Assembly: GCA_965232515.1 (NCBI GenBank)
Contig: CBDDPY010000002.1
Location: 5,888,001 to 5,952,000, forward strand
DNA from: Alphaproteobacteria bacterium
GTDB taxonomy: Bacteria; Pseudomonadota; Alphaproteobacteria; GCA-2731375
Direction of reading: 5' to 3'
DNA length: 64,000 nt
Shown here: piece by piece, positions 29,590 through 39,889 of the stretch
How positions within the stretch are numbered: position 1 is the first letter of the stretch
How the letters are laid out: every line of letters starts with the position of its first letter
Notes under the pieces: generated by a model
The model's input: the letters and a program-made list of their open reading frames with translations, nothing else
Databases searched by the model: none
Told to the model about the DNA's origin: nothing
Program-made: the position numbers and the translations under genes

Positions 29590-29617
29590 GCCTCCGATCC
29601 ATTCGGGGGCTTTTTTT
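29590..29617 (+). terminator. Intrinsic terminator (attenuator) upstream of MFS gene
   Basis: gcctccga-tccat-tcgggggc hairpin followed by T7. Confidence 0.75.
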
Positions 29618-29662
29618 GTGCTTTTTTCAGAGGCCGCCGGGCATGCCGGCGGATGAATTCGG

Positions 29663-30865
29663 ATGCCGCCTTACGCCACGACGCCGCCGACACTGTTCAC
29701 GCTCATTCTGCTGAGCGGTCTGTCGGTGGTATCGCTGAACATGTTTCTGCCGTCGCTCACGAACATCGCGGCGACGTTCGAGGCCGACTATGCGCTGGTG
29801 AACCTGTCGATCGCCGGCTATGCCATGGCGATGGCGGTGCTGCAGCTCGTCCTGGGGCCGCTGTCGGACCGGTTCGGCCGGCGGCCGGTGATCCTGGCGG
29901 GGCTGGCGCTGTTCAGCCTGGCATCGCTCGGCTGTCTGCTGGCGACCGACGTCTGGACCTTTCTCGCGTTCCGCATGCTGCAGGCCGCGATCGCCTCGGG
30001 CTTTGCCGTGTCGCGCGCGGTGATCCGGGATCAGGTGGGCGCGCAGGAGGCGGCGAGCCTGATGGGCTATCTGGCGATGGCCTGGGCGCTGGCGCCGATG
30101 CTGGGGCCGATGTTCGGCGGCGCGCTCGATCAGTTCTTCGGCTGGCGCGCCAGCTTCTGGGCGTTTCTCGGTTTCGGCGTCGCCGTTTTCGCGCTGTGCT
30201 GGGTCGATCTCGGCGAGACCAACAAGCAGCCGTCGGCGACCTTCCGGCAGCAGTTTCGAACCTATCCGGCGCTGCTTCGCTCGGCCCGGTTCTGGGGCTA
30301 CGCGCTGTGCATGGGCTTTTCGGTCGGCGCGTTCTACGTCTTCATCAGCGGCGTCCCGCTGGTGGCGGTGACGCTGTTTGACATGGGCACGGCGACGCTC
30401 GGGATCGGCATGGGCTCGATCACGGCCGGATTCGTCTTCGGCAGCTTCCTCGCCGGCCGCTTCGCCGCGGGGCGAGCGTTGACCACCATGATGATAACAG
30501 GGCGCGTCGTCGCCTGCGGCGGGCTGACGCTGGGGTTGATCGTGCTGCTGAGCGGCGTCGTGCACGTGGTGACGCTGTTCGGCGCCTGCATGTGCGTTGG
30601 CATCGGCAACGGCCTGACCATGCCAAGCAGCAACGCCGGCGCCATGTCCGTGCGTCCCGACCTGGCGGGCAGCGCCTCGGGCCTGTCGGGCGCGCTGACG
30701 GTGGCGGGCGGCGCCGCGATGTCGGCGCTTACCGGCGCGGTCCTGACCGAAGCGAACGCGGCGTACGCGCTCTTGGGGCTGATGCTATTGGCCTCATTCC
30801 TCGGCCTCGTCGCCGCGCTCGCCGTCCTGTGGCTCGACCGGCGCGCCTTGGCGGCGCCGGCCTGA
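29663..30865 (+). CDS. Bcr/CflA-family MFS multidrug efflux transporter
   Basis: NMFLPSL, GPLSDRFGRRPV and PMLGPMFGG motifs; 12 TM. Confidence 0.9.
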   Translation: MPPYATTPPTLFTLILLSGLSVVSLNMFLPSLTNIAATFEADYALVNLSIAGYAMAMAVLQLVLGPLSDRFGRRPVILAGLALFSLASLGCLLATDVWTFLAFRMLQAAIASGFAVSRAVIRDQVGAQEAASLMGYLAMAWALAPMLGPMFGGALDQFFGWRASFWAFLGFGVAVFALCWVDLGETNKQPSATFRQQFRTYPALLRSARFWGYALCMGFSVGAFYVFISGVPLVAVTLFDMGTATLGIGMGSITAGFVFGSFLAGRFAAGRALTTMMITGRVVACGGLTLGLIVLLSGVVHVVTLFGACMCVGIGNGLTMPSSNAGAMSVRPDLAGSASGLSGALTVAGGAAMSALTGAVLTEANAAYALLGLMLLASFLGLVAALAVLWLDRRALAAPA

Positions 30866-30905
30866 CGGTTGCACCGCATTGCGTTGGTCGCGGCGCGGTG
30901 GCCGA

Positions 30906-31011
30906 CCCTTCGAGACGGCCGCTGCGCGGCCTCCTCAGGGTGAGGGCTGAATTTGATATCAAATTCCGACCTCATGTTGAGGAGGACCCGCAGGGTCCGT
31001 CTCGAAACATG
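30906..31011. repeat. Composite palindromic repeat (TTCGAGAC...CCTCCTCAG / CCTCAT..TGAGGAG...GTCTCGAA), copy 1
   Basis: Two inverted half-elements around perfect 18-bp palindrome gaatttgatatcaaattc; between convergent genes. Confidence 0.78.
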
Positions 31012-31046
31012 CGATATCGGTTCCGGGCATCGCCGGACGGCGTTCA

Positions 31047-32099
31047 TCAGGCCGACAGTTTGACTTCGCGGCCGGTGGCGGCGGATTGGGTGACGGCCAG
31101 CGTCGCCTCGAGGGTGCGGGCGGCGTCGCGGGCGGTGATCAACGGCTCGGCGCGGCCGCGGATGACGGCGGCGAAGTGGGCGATCTGGGCGTCGATGGGA
31201 TCGGCGGCTTGGACCGCAATGGTTTCCTGGCTGAGCGATGTCTGCCAGTGCGGCGGGCCGTCGGGTCGCCAGAGGCGGAGCGAGGGAACTGCGAGCGACG
31301 CTTTGGTGCCGGCGATGAGGTAGCAGTCCTGACCGGTATGGGGAAAGTCGTAGGACGTGCGTTCGCCCGCGGTCAGCTCCCAGGCCCAGGGCGACGATGC
31401 GCCATCGGAGAGCATGACCGTGGCGAGCGGGCCGTCGCGGAAACGCAGCAGCAGGGCGGCGGTGTCCTCGACGGCGAAGCCGCGCCGCGTGTTCGACGTC
31501 ATGCTCTGCACCGCGGCGATCTCGCCGACAATGAAGCGCAGGCTGTCGATGTCGTGGATCAGGTTGATCAGCACCGGGCCGCCGCCGGATTCGCGCCGCC
31601 AGGCGACCTCAAAATAGTCGTCGGGCTTGCGGGCGAGCCAGACCGCGGAGACCGCGACCAACTGGCCGAGCGCGCCCGACCGCACGACGTCGCGGGCTTT
31701 TTGCACGACCGGATTGTGCCGGCGGTGGTGGCCGACCAGAACGGGGACACCGGCCGCTTCCGATGCCTCGGCGAGCGACAGCGCCGCCGCCAGTGTGTCG
31801 GCAATCGGCTTTTCGACCAGTGTTGGGATGCCGCGTTCAACGCAAGCGAGCGCCAGCGGCACGTGCAGGGCGTTCGGCGTCGCGACGATCACGCCGTCGG
31901 GCGCGTTCGCATCGAGCATGGCCGCGAGATCCGCATAATGCGCCAGGTCGTGCGCGGCTGCGGCCTCGGCACCTTCGGGCGCGGGATCGACAACGGCGAC
32001 AGCCTGGCAGGCCGGCTCGGCCGCGATGGCGTCGAGATGTCGCCGGCCGATCGGACCGGCGCCGACGACGGCCAGGCGGACCGGCATTCCATTCGACAT
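31047..32099 (-). CDS. Gfo/Idh/MocA-family oxidoreductase
   Basis: VVGAGPIG, LVEKPIA, VGHHRRH and INLIHDID motifs. Confidence 0.9.
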   Translation of the reverse strand: MSNGMPVRLAVVGAGPIGRRHLDAIAAEPACQAVAVVDPAPEGAEAAAAHDLAHYADLAAMLDANAPDGVIVATPNALHVPLALACVERGIPTLVEKPIADTLAAALSLAEASEAAGVPVLVGHHRRHNPVVQKARDVVRSGALGQLVAVSAVWLARKPDDYFEVAWRRESGGGPVLINLIHDIDSLRFIVGEIAAVQSMTSNTRRGFAVEDTAALLLRFRDGPLATVMLSDGASSPWAWELTAGERTSYDFPHTGQDCYLIAGTKASLAVPSLRLWRPDGPPHWQTSLSQETIAVQAADPIDAQIAHFAAVIRGRAEPLITARDAARTLEATLAVTQSAATGREVKLSA

Positions 32100-32344
32100 G
32101 CCCATCCTCCTTGATTCCTGTGCCCGGCTGCCTGCTTGAGCCGGTCTCTGAAGGACAGCATGGCAGGTCCCGTGCGTCCATAGCGGCGCCGATAGGGGTG
32201 TTGCAGCCACTTGCGAATTGCGCCAAGTCTATAACGGAAAGTGCCATCGGACAGTTCGCGCCTCGACGACGTTGTTCGAGACCGCCGCCGGGGCGAATAT
32301 CGGCAGGTCCGTTTGTTGGGTCGGCCGTTGCGCGAGAAGAGGCG

Positions 32345-33343
32345 ATGTTTCGGAAAGACAGATACCGCATCGCCAAATCCACGCAGCGGATTTGCGCGAT
32401 CCTGAAAATAGCGCCGGCGCGCGTGTTGCGGCGCGCCGGCCTGCCGACGGACTATCTGGCGCACGAAGGTCGGGGCCTCGACGCCAAAGCGTGCTTCGAT
32501 GTTTGGAACGCGGTCGTCGCCGAGGCCAAGCGTCCGGACTTGGCGCTGTTCCTGGGCAAAACGGCTGCGCACGGCCCGTTCAATTCCGCCGTTTTCGCGT
32601 TTTCCTGCAGTCCGGATATCGAGACCGGGCTGACGCGTCTCGCCCTCTTCAAACCGTTGGCCGGCCCGATCGCCCTGGCCGTCGAACGGCGCGACGAGGC
32701 CCTCGAAATGTCGCTGTCGTCGGTCGACGCGGATGCGCCGATGCCGCCGAGCCTGGCTGCGTTGGAGCTGGCGTTCTTTATCGAGCTGGCACGGACCTGC
32801 ACGGCCGAGCATATCGTGCCGCTGGCCGTCGGCATGCCGGGCGATCCGGACGATCGGGCCGGTCTCGAGGCGCATTTCGGTGTCGCGGCCGCGACCGCCG
32901 AACATGCGACGATCCGGCTGTCGATCGCGGACGCCGAACGCCCGCTGGTGTCCGAGAACGAGGCGTTGTGGCCCGGGATCGAACGAGACCTCCGCCGCCA
33001 GCTCCTGGACCGCGACCGGGACGCGCCGATCAGCGCGCGGGTCAAGAACGCGCTGCTGGACATGCTGCCGAGCGGCCAATCTTCCGCCGAGGCGGTCTGC
33101 GATCGCCTGCACATCAGCAAGCGCAGCCTGTACCGATACCTCAGGAATGAGGGGCATTCCTTCCAGGCGCTGTTGGACGACACGCGCACGGAGCTGTCGC
33201 TGCACTATTTGTCCAAGAAGGACATCAGCGTCGAGGAGATCTCGTATCTGCTCGCCTTCCGCGACCCGAACTCGTTCTATCGGGCCTTCCGCGGCTGGAC
33301 CGGCATGACGCCGGCGGAAGCGCGGACGCGGCAAGGCCGTTAG
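32345..33343 (+). CDS. AraC-family transcriptional regulator
   Basis: C-terminal double HTH EISYLLAFRDPNSFYRAFRGWTGMTP. Confidence 0.9.
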   Translation: MFRKDRYRIAKSTQRICAILKIAPARVLRRAGLPTDYLAHEGRGLDAKACFDVWNAVVAEAKRPDLALFLGKTAAHGPFNSAVFAFSCSPDIETGLTRLALFKPLAGPIALAVERRDEALEMSLSSVDADAPMPPSLAALELAFFIELARTCTAEHIVPLAVGMPGDPDDRAGLEAHFGVAAATAEHATIRLSIADAERPLVSENEALWPGIERDLRRQLLDRDRDAPISARVKNALLDMLPSGQSSAEAVCDRLHISKRSLYRYLRNEGHSFQALLDDTRTELSLHYLSKKDISVEEISYLLAFRDPNSFYRAFRGWTGMTPAEARTRQGR

Positions 33344-33463
33344 CCTGCGGAAACCGCGTTCAAGGTTGGCAGTATTCGCGAGTGATTTGGCACGATCCGC
33401 TTTTGAGCCGATCGCGGCCTCTCCCCACCTAAAAGGCAATTGCCGACAATGGGGAGACCGAAC

Positions 33464-34444
33464 ATGACCACCGACCATCGGGACGAATTCGAGACGACGG
33501 CCGACCGCGAGCCGCGAGACCGGCAGCGACGGCAACTGCTGGCCGGCGCCGCCGGGTTGGGGCTTGCCGCAGGTCTGTCGACGGCGGCCCGCGCCGACTC
33601 GCACGAAGCGGCGTCAGGCGAATTCGCCGGCCGCACCGCCTTCATCACCGGCGGCGCACGCGGCATCGGTCTGAGCTGTGCCGAGGCGCTGGCCCAAGCC
33701 GGCGCCGATATCGTGCTCTATGACGTCGCCGGTCAGATCGAGCATGTGAAGTATCCGTTGGCCACGGCCGAGGACCTGGCGACCGCCAAGGCCAAGATCG
33801 AGGCCATGGGCGTGAAATGCATCGCCGTTCAGGGCGACGTGCGCGACGGCGCCAAACAAAAGGCGGCGATGCAGGAAGCGGTTGAAACCTTCGGCAGCGT
33901 GGATTTCGTCATCGCCAATGCCGGCATCACGCAAGTCGGTCCGCTGGACATCTTCAGCGACGCCGAGATCGACGTCGTCCTGGACGTAAACCTGGCTGGC
34001 GCGATGAAGACCCTGCAAGCCGCCATTCCGATCATGCGCGAACAGAATGCTGGCCGCATCGTCCTCATGTCCTCGATCACCGGCCGGCGCGGCAGCGAGT
34101 ATTTCCCGGTCTACGCGGCCTCGAAATGGGGCATGATCGGCCTCGCCAAGAGCACGGCGCGGCTGCTGGCGAAGTCGAACGTAACCTGCAACGCCGTGTG
34201 CCCGTCGCTGGTGCGGACCAAGCTTTTGGACAACGACTACATCCTGGGCGCGATGCTGCCGAACAACCCGACCATCGAGGCGGCCGACGCCGGCGCCAAA
34301 CAGATGCACCTGCTGCCGGTCGGCCTGTACGGGCCGGAGCATGTCGCGAATACGGTAAAGTTCATCTGCAGCGACGCGGCCGCCTATATCTCCGGCGACG
34401 TCTTCGATATCGCCGCGGGCAGCAACACGGAGTTCCCCGCCTAG
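33464..34444 (+). CDS. SDR oxidoreductase, mycofactocin-SDR-like, with Tat-type signal
   Basis: QRRQLLAG...AARA leader; TGGARGIG; YPLATAEDL insertion; YAASK. Confidence 0.82.
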   Translation: MTTDHRDEFETTADREPRDRQRRQLLAGAAGLGLAAGLSTAARADSHEAASGEFAGRTAFITGGARGIGLSCAEALAQAGADIVLYDVAGQIEHVKYPLATAEDLATAKAKIEAMGVKCIAVQGDVRDGAKQKAAMQEAVETFGSVDFVIANAGITQVGPLDIFSDAEIDVVLDVNLAGAMKTLQAAIPIMREQNAGRIVLMSSITGRRGSEYFPVYAASKWGMIGLAKSTARLLAKSNVTCNAVCPSLVRTKLLDNDYILGAMLPNNPTIEAADAGAKQMHLLPVGLYGPEHVANTVKFICSDAAAYISGDVFDIAAGSNTEFPA

Positions 34445-34575
34445 GCAGCAACTCTCGCTCCCAACACGGTCTGTATCGCGCACGGGCGTCCGACCCGCCG
34501 GTGGCGGGCGGAAAGGCGTCGCTTGGACTAAAGTCGAGGTGCGTGACGCCGGACAGATCATGAGGGAGGTGAGAC

Positions 34576-35952
34576 ATGCCCGCTGAAGCCGTGGTCATGG
34601 CGGACGAGAGGAGCGGCGCGGACAAGGCCGAAAACCGGTTCGCCGAAGCCGCCCTCGAACGTCACAAACGAGAGGGGGTCGAGCTTGCCGTCCGCGCCCG
34701 CTGGATCGCCATGGCGGTCATCGCCGTCATGCTGCCGCTGATCGATCCCAGGCCCGAGGTCGTCTATTACGTCGCGCTGGTGCTGGCTCTGGCCCTGATC
34801 GGTTGGGCGCAATTGCGGGTCGCGCGCGTCGGCCGGTCGAGGGCCGAGCTCGCGCTCATGTTCTGCGACCTGGCGATCATGACGATCGCCATCGTTGTGC
34901 CGAATCCGCTCGGCGTCACCGACTGGCCGCTGGCCATGGAGTACCGTTCCGAGGCCTTCCGGTATTTCTATGTCCTGCTGGCGTTCGGCGTGCTCGCCTA
35001 TTCCTGGCGCACGGTGATGACGATGGGTGTCTGGACGACCGGTATCTGGCTCCTCGCCTTTGGCATCGTCTGGGCCATCTCGGTCGAGAACGAGGCGCTG
35101 ACCGCCGCCGCCGCCGCGGCATTCGGGGCCGACACGGAATTGGCGTCACTGATGAATCCCAACAACCTGCTGTTCTATATGCGGACGCAGGAGGTCGTCG
35201 TCTTTCTGATCGTGGCGGCGACGCTGGCCGTGTCCGTGCGCCGCTACAACCGGCTGCTGCTGGGTCACGCGGCGCTCGAGCGCGAGCGGGAGAACCTGGC
35301 GCGCTACTTCTCGCCGAACGTGGTCGACGAGCTCTCGCACAATGACGAGCCGCTGAAGCAGATCCGCACGCAGAATATCGCCGTGCTGTTCGTCGATATC
35401 GTCGGCTTCACCCGCTATGCCGCCGACCGGGCGCCGCAGGACGTCATCGCGACCCTGCGGCAGTTTCACCAGCGCATGGAGACCGAGGTCTTCCGGCACA
35501 ACGGCACGCTCGACAAATATCTGGGCGACGGATTGATGGCGACCTTCGGCACGCCGGTCGCCAGCGATGTCGACGCGCTGAACGCGCTGCGCTGCGCCCG
35601 GGCGATGATGCACGCGATGGCGGCCTGGAACGCCGAACGCGTTGAAGCGGGCGAACCTCCGATCCGGGCCAGCTTCGGCCTGCACTACGGCCCCGCGGTT
35701 CTGGGCGATATCGGCGCAAACCGGCTGGAGTTCGCGGTGATCGGCAACACGGTCAATGTGGCCAGCCGCGTCGAAGCCCTGACCCGGGGACTGTCCGTCG
35801 AGTTGGCGGCCACCGACGATCTGGTCGAACGCGTGCGACGCGAGGCCGGCGGCGACGATCGGGCAACGTCCGATCTCAGCCGATATGGCGAACTGGAGAT
35901 CCGCGGGCTCGATACGAAGATGACGCTCTGGACGCTGTCGTCGGCAGCCTAG
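34576..35952 (+). CDS. Membrane class III adenylate/guanylate cyclase (paralog 2)
   Basis: About 6 TM; FVDIVGFT, DKYLGDG and GNTVNVASRVE motifs; GGAGG RBS. Confidence 0.9.
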   Translation: MPAEAVVMADERSGADKAENRFAEAALERHKREGVELAVRARWIAMAVIAVMLPLIDPRPEVVYYVALVLALALIGWAQLRVARVGRSRAELALMFCDLAIMTIAIVVPNPLGVTDWPLAMEYRSEAFRYFYVLLAFGVLAYSWRTVMTMGVWTTGIWLLAFGIVWAISVENEALTAAAAAAFGADTELASLMNPNNLLFYMRTQEVVVFLIVAATLAVSVRRYNRLLLGHAALERERENLARYFSPNVVDELSHNDEPLKQIRTQNIAVLFVDIVGFTRYAADRAPQDVIATLRQFHQRMETEVFRHNGTLDKYLGDGLMATFGTPVASDVDALNALRCARAMMHAMAAWNAERVEAGEPPIRASFGLHYGPAVLGDIGANRLEFAVIGNTVNVASRVEALTRGLSVELAATDDLVERVRREAGGDDRATSDLSRYGELEIRGLDTKMTLWTLSSAA

Positions 35953-36080
35953 GACTCTGGCGCGCCTTTGTGAGCTCTTGAAGGACGTGAAGTGTATGAG
36001 AAACGCCGGCCGGGACTGCTATGATCGATCCGTTCGCCATTTCGAAGACACGCGACACAGATGAGGGAGTGGGTGGGTCC

Positions 36081-37091
36081 ATGAATGCGGCAACAGACGC
36101 AGGCGCAACGGCAGCGGCCGACGATACCCGGGTCGGCGCGTTCAGATACCTGAAACCATCGGTCGAGCACTCGCTCTATCGTAACGGCAAGGTCTATACG
36201 CGCCGCGACGTGGACGGCAGCGATGACGAATTCATCGGCGTCGACCTGGAGTCGCGGGACATGCCGGTCCATGACGCGCGGCGGCTGGAGGCGGGCGCCG
36301 GGCGGCGTACGCTGCGGGACAATGGGTTCGAGATGCTGCCCCGGCCGCTCGCCGATCCGGATCTCGATTTCTTCGATCATGAGCAGGTGGTGCGAGCCTA
36401 CTATCCGCAATGCGTCGAGATCGTGCGCGTGGCGAGCGGCGCCAGCATCGCCGCGGCGTTTGACCACAATGTCCGTTCGGCGTCCGGTAAGAAAACCAAG
36501 CGCCGCATCGAGGGCGGCCAGCAGGTGCAGGGGCCGGCGCACCTGGTGCACGGCGACTACACGCTGACGAGCGCGCCGCAGCGTTTGCGCGATCTGGCGA
36601 AGCCGCCGGCCGTCAACGACACCTACCGGACGGCGCTGGCCGCGGGTGAGACGCTGCTGGACGGTGATGCGGTCGAGCGCGCGATTGCCGAGGGCCGGTT
36701 CGCGATCATCAATGTCTGGCGCAATATCGTGGCCGAGCCGGTGGCGACGCATCCGCTGGCGTTGTGCGACGCGGCGAGCGTGCGGCCGCAGGATCTGGTC
36801 GTGTTCGAGATCCACTACAGCGACCGCATTGGCGAGAACTACTTCGCCAAGCATGCCGACGAGCACCAGTGGTACTTCTATCCCGAGCTGACCCGCGACG
36901 AGGCGCTGCTGATCAAGCAGTGGGATTCGGACGGGGAGCTGGCGCGCTCGAAGGGCGCGAACGCGGATGCGGTGAACGCGGACGCGCCCTGCACCTTCAG
37001 CTTCCACAGCGCCTTCGAGGACCCGACCACGCCGGAGGACGCGCCCGACCGCTGGAGCATCGAGGTGCGCTGCGTGGCGCTCTACGACTGA
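36081..37091 (+). CDS. CmcJ/NvfI (AsaB-like) family oxidoreductase
   Basis: FDHNVR, VHGDYT, INVWR, PLALCDA, FHSAF and SIEVR motifs. Confidence 0.78.
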   Translation: MNAATDAGATAAADDTRVGAFRYLKPSVEHSLYRNGKVYTRRDVDGSDDEFIGVDLESRDMPVHDARRLEAGAGRRTLRDNGFEMLPRPLADPDLDFFDHEQVVRAYYPQCVEIVRVASGASIAAAFDHNVRSASGKKTKRRIEGGQQVQGPAHLVHGDYTLTSAPQRLRDLAKPPAVNDTYRTALAAGETLLDGDAVERAIAEGRFAIINVWRNIVAEPVATHPLALCDAASVRPQDLVVFEIHYSDRIGENYFAKHADEHQWYFYPELTRDEALLIKQWDSDGELARSKGANADAVNADAPCTFSFHSAFEDPTTPEDAPDRWSIEVRCVALYD

Positions 37092-37098
37092 CGCAGGT

Positions 37099-38622
37099 TC
37101 AAAGGCCGAACACGAGGGGCGCGAGGAGGTACATCGCGCCGAACGCCACGGCGATGGCGATAATGTTGAGCCAGAAGCCGGCCTTGACCATGTCGCCGAG
37201 CTGCATCCGGTCGTAAGCGAACACGATCGCGTTGGGTGGCGTCGCCACCGGCATCATGAAGGCCATGGAGGCGCCGAGCGCGACGGGAATCGCGAGCAGG
37301 CGCGGATCTATGGCGAGGCCGACCGCGACCGCGCCGAGGATCGGCAGGAAGGTCGCGGTCGAGGCCGTGTTGGAGGTGATCTCGGTCAGATAGACGATCG
37401 CCGCCGTGACGATGAAGACCAGCATCCAGGTGCCGACGTCGAACCCCGACACGCGCCCGCCGATCCATTCGGCGAGACCCGTCGCGCGGAATCCGGCAGC
37501 GAGCGCGAGGCCGCCGCCGAACAGCAGCAGCACGCCCCAGGGAATGGCGCGCGCCGCCTGCCAGTCGACGGCGAAGTGGCCCTGCTGGCGAGAGATCGGC
37601 CAGGCGAAAAGCGCGATCGCGGCGATGAGCGCGATCATGGTGTCGTTGATCGGCAGGCCGGTCGAGCCGGCGAGCTGCTTGCGCAGGATCCATCCCAGCG
37701 CCGCGCAGAGGAAGACGATCGCCACAGCCCGTTCGCCTTTCGACATCACGCCGAGTGCCGCCAGCTCGCGCTTGATGACGCCGCCGGCGTCGCCGATCGT
37801 CAGCGCGCGCGCCGGAAAAACCACCTTCGTCAGCAGCAGCCAGGCGATCGGCAGCATCACCAGCACGACGGGCACGCCGAACTGCATCCAGGTGAAGAAG
37901 TCGATCTGGATGCCGTAACTGCTTTGCAGGAAGCTCGCGAGCAGCGCGTTGGGCGGCGTGCCGATCAGCGTGCCGACGCCGCCGATCGAGGCCGCATAGG
38001 CGATGCCCAGCATCAGCGCGACGCCGAAGTTGCGGACCACCGCGCGATCGGGCGTCTTCAGGGCGACGAACTCGATCACCGACAGACCGACGGCGAACAT
38101 CATGATCGTCGTCGCCGTGTTGGAGATCCACATGGAGAGGAAGGCCGTCGCCGCCATGAAGCCGAGGATGATGCCGCCGGGGCTAGTGCCGATCATGCCG
38201 ACGATGGTCAGCGCGATGCGCCGGTGCAGCCCCCAGCGCTGCATCGCCGCGGCGAGCACGAAGCCGCCGAGAAACAGAAAGATCAGCGGGTGGGCGTAAT
38301 TCGCCGCGACCGGCGTCATGGTCTCGATCTCAAGCAGCGGCATCATGGGGATCGGCAGCAGCGCCGTGGCGGGGATCGGCACGGCCTCGCCGAGCCACCA
38401 CACGACCATCCAGACCGCCAGCGCCACCAGCCGCCACGCTTCTGATGTCATATCCGCCGGCGCCGGCAGCAACAGCAACACCAACGCCAGCGCGGGCCCG
38501 GCAATCAACGCGATCAGACGCCGGGGCGGCAGTTGGCGCGGCGGTTCAGGTTCTCCGCCGTCGCTCGCTACGGCGTCGTCTTCGCCCACCGCATCGTGAT
38601 GGTCGCGCTCACTCTGCGTCAT
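37099..38622 (-). CDS. DASS/SLC13 anion:sodium symporter
   Basis: SMWISNTAT, TLIGTPPN, TEITSNTA and PVATPPNA motifs. Confidence 0.92.
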   Translation of the reverse strand: MTQSERDHHDAVGEDDAVASDGGEPEPPRQLPPRRLIALIAGPALALVLLLLPAPADMTSEAWRLVALAVWMVVWWLGEAVPIPATALLPIPMMPLLEIETMTPVAANYAHPLIFLFLGGFVLAAAMQRWGLHRRIALTIVGMIGTSPGGIILGFMAATAFLSMWISNTATTIMMFAVGLSVIEFVALKTPDRAVVRNFGVALMLGIAYAASIGGVGTLIGTPPNALLASFLQSSYGIQIDFFTWMQFGVPVVLVMLPIAWLLLTKVVFPARALTIGDAGGVIKRELAALGVMSKGERAVAIVFLCAALGWILRKQLAGSTGLPINDTMIALIAAIALFAWPISRQQGHFAVDWQAARAIPWGVLLLFGGGLALAAGFRATGLAEWIGGRVSGFDVGTWMLVFIVTAAIVYLTEITSNTASTATFLPILGAVAVGLAIDPRLLAIPVALGASMAFMMPVATPPNAIVFAYDRMQLGDMVKAGFWLNIIAIAVAFGAMYLLAPLVFGL

Positions 38623-39005
38623 GACCGACGTTTCAGGTCCGTTCGATTTTCCGCGCTGTGGTGCACGCCGTGAGTTGACGGCGACGACTGCCGTTCAACG
38701 TTATTCGGGCTCGCCGATCCTCGCAATCGAACAACCATATGACGATCCGAAATGCTGACCAATGCGCCGTTTTCGTGTGGCGCCAGTTGAGCTGGAACGG
38801 ATAGTTCGGTCGCCAAAGGGCGATATCAGCATGATGCCGGCGAAGGTCCATTTTCTGCTCGATAGCGGTCGCACATAACGGCTTAGCAGCTTGTCCGAAT
38901 ATGACCCAGAGCGGCCATTCTACGGATAACTGCATGATCCGACTGAGCCGCCTTGGCAGCGTTTGGTTTGATCAGAAAAGTCAAGTGGATGTAGCCTGCC
39001 CCTGT

Positions 39006-39857
39006 TCAGTGGTCCAGTTGCTGTGAGAGAATCCGGACGGTTTCAGGGTATGGCGACTTGACCGTTGGCGCCAAGATCGCAGCTGGCGCTGGCGGTCTGT
39101 AACCGAGCGAACTGTGCGGCCTGATGGTGTTGTAGTGCTGGCGCCACCGTTCGATCAGCACCTTTGCCTCCTGCAGCGTGTAGAAGATCTCCCCATTGAG
39201 CAGCTCGTCGCGCAGCTTGCCGTTGAAGCTCTCGTTGTAGCCGTTCTCCCGGGGTGATCCGGGCGCGATGAATAACGTCTTCACACCGACCCGCGGCAGC
39301 CACTCGCGGACGGCGATGGCAGTGAACTCGCTGCCATTGTCGGACTGGATGTGATCCGGTGGTCTGTGCCGGGTGAACAGGTCGGCCAGCACATGCAGGA
39401 CATCGTCGTGCCGCAGGCTGCGGGCGACTTCGATTGCCAAGCACTCACGGGTGAACTCGTCAATCACCGTCAGCATCCGGATCGTTCGGCCGTCATACGT
39501 GCGATCCTGCACGAAGTCGTAGGCCCAGACATGGTGCGGCCAGTTCGGCCTGAGACGAATACACGATCCGTCGTTGAGCCACAGCCGACCCCGCTTCGGC
39601 TGTTTCGTCGGCACCTTCAGCCCCTCACACCGCCAGATCCGCCAGACCCGCTTGACGTTCACGTCCCAGCCCTGCGCGCGCAGCAGTGCCGTGATCCGTC
39701 GATAGCCATAGCGGCCATACTCGGATGCCAGCGCCACAATGGCAGACGTCAGGATCGCCTCGTCGTCACGCTCAACCGAACATCGGCGTTGCGTCGAGCG
39801 GTGCTGGCCAATCACTCGGCACGCCCGACGCTGCGACACGTCGAACCTGGTCTGCAC
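39006..39857 (-). CDS. IS3 transposase OrfB (DDE)
   Basis: RYGYRRI, WAYDFV, SDNGSEF and ESFNG; fused to OrfA by -1 frameshift. Confidence 0.9.
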   Translation of the reverse strand: MQTRFDVSQRRACRVIGQHRSTQRRCSVERDDEAILTSAIVALASEYGRYGYRRITALLRAQGWDVNVKRVWRIWRCEGLKVPTKQPKRGRLWLNDGSCIRLRPNWPHHVWAYDFVQDRTYDGRTIRMLTVIDEFTRECLAIEVARSLRHDDVLHVLADLFTRHRPPDHIQSDNGSEFTAIAVREWLPRVGVKTLFIAPGSPRENGYNESFNGKLRDELLNGEIFYTLQEAKVLIERWRQHYNTIRPHSSLGYRPPAPAAILAPTVKSPYPETVRILSQQLDH

Positions 39858-39889
39858 GTGATCGACCGCATCCCGGCGGCGCGCGGGGC

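Noticed and set aside
30954-30963. TTGATATCAA as an FNR box
   Set aside because: Lacks the 4-bp spacer and lies between convergent gene ends inside a repeat
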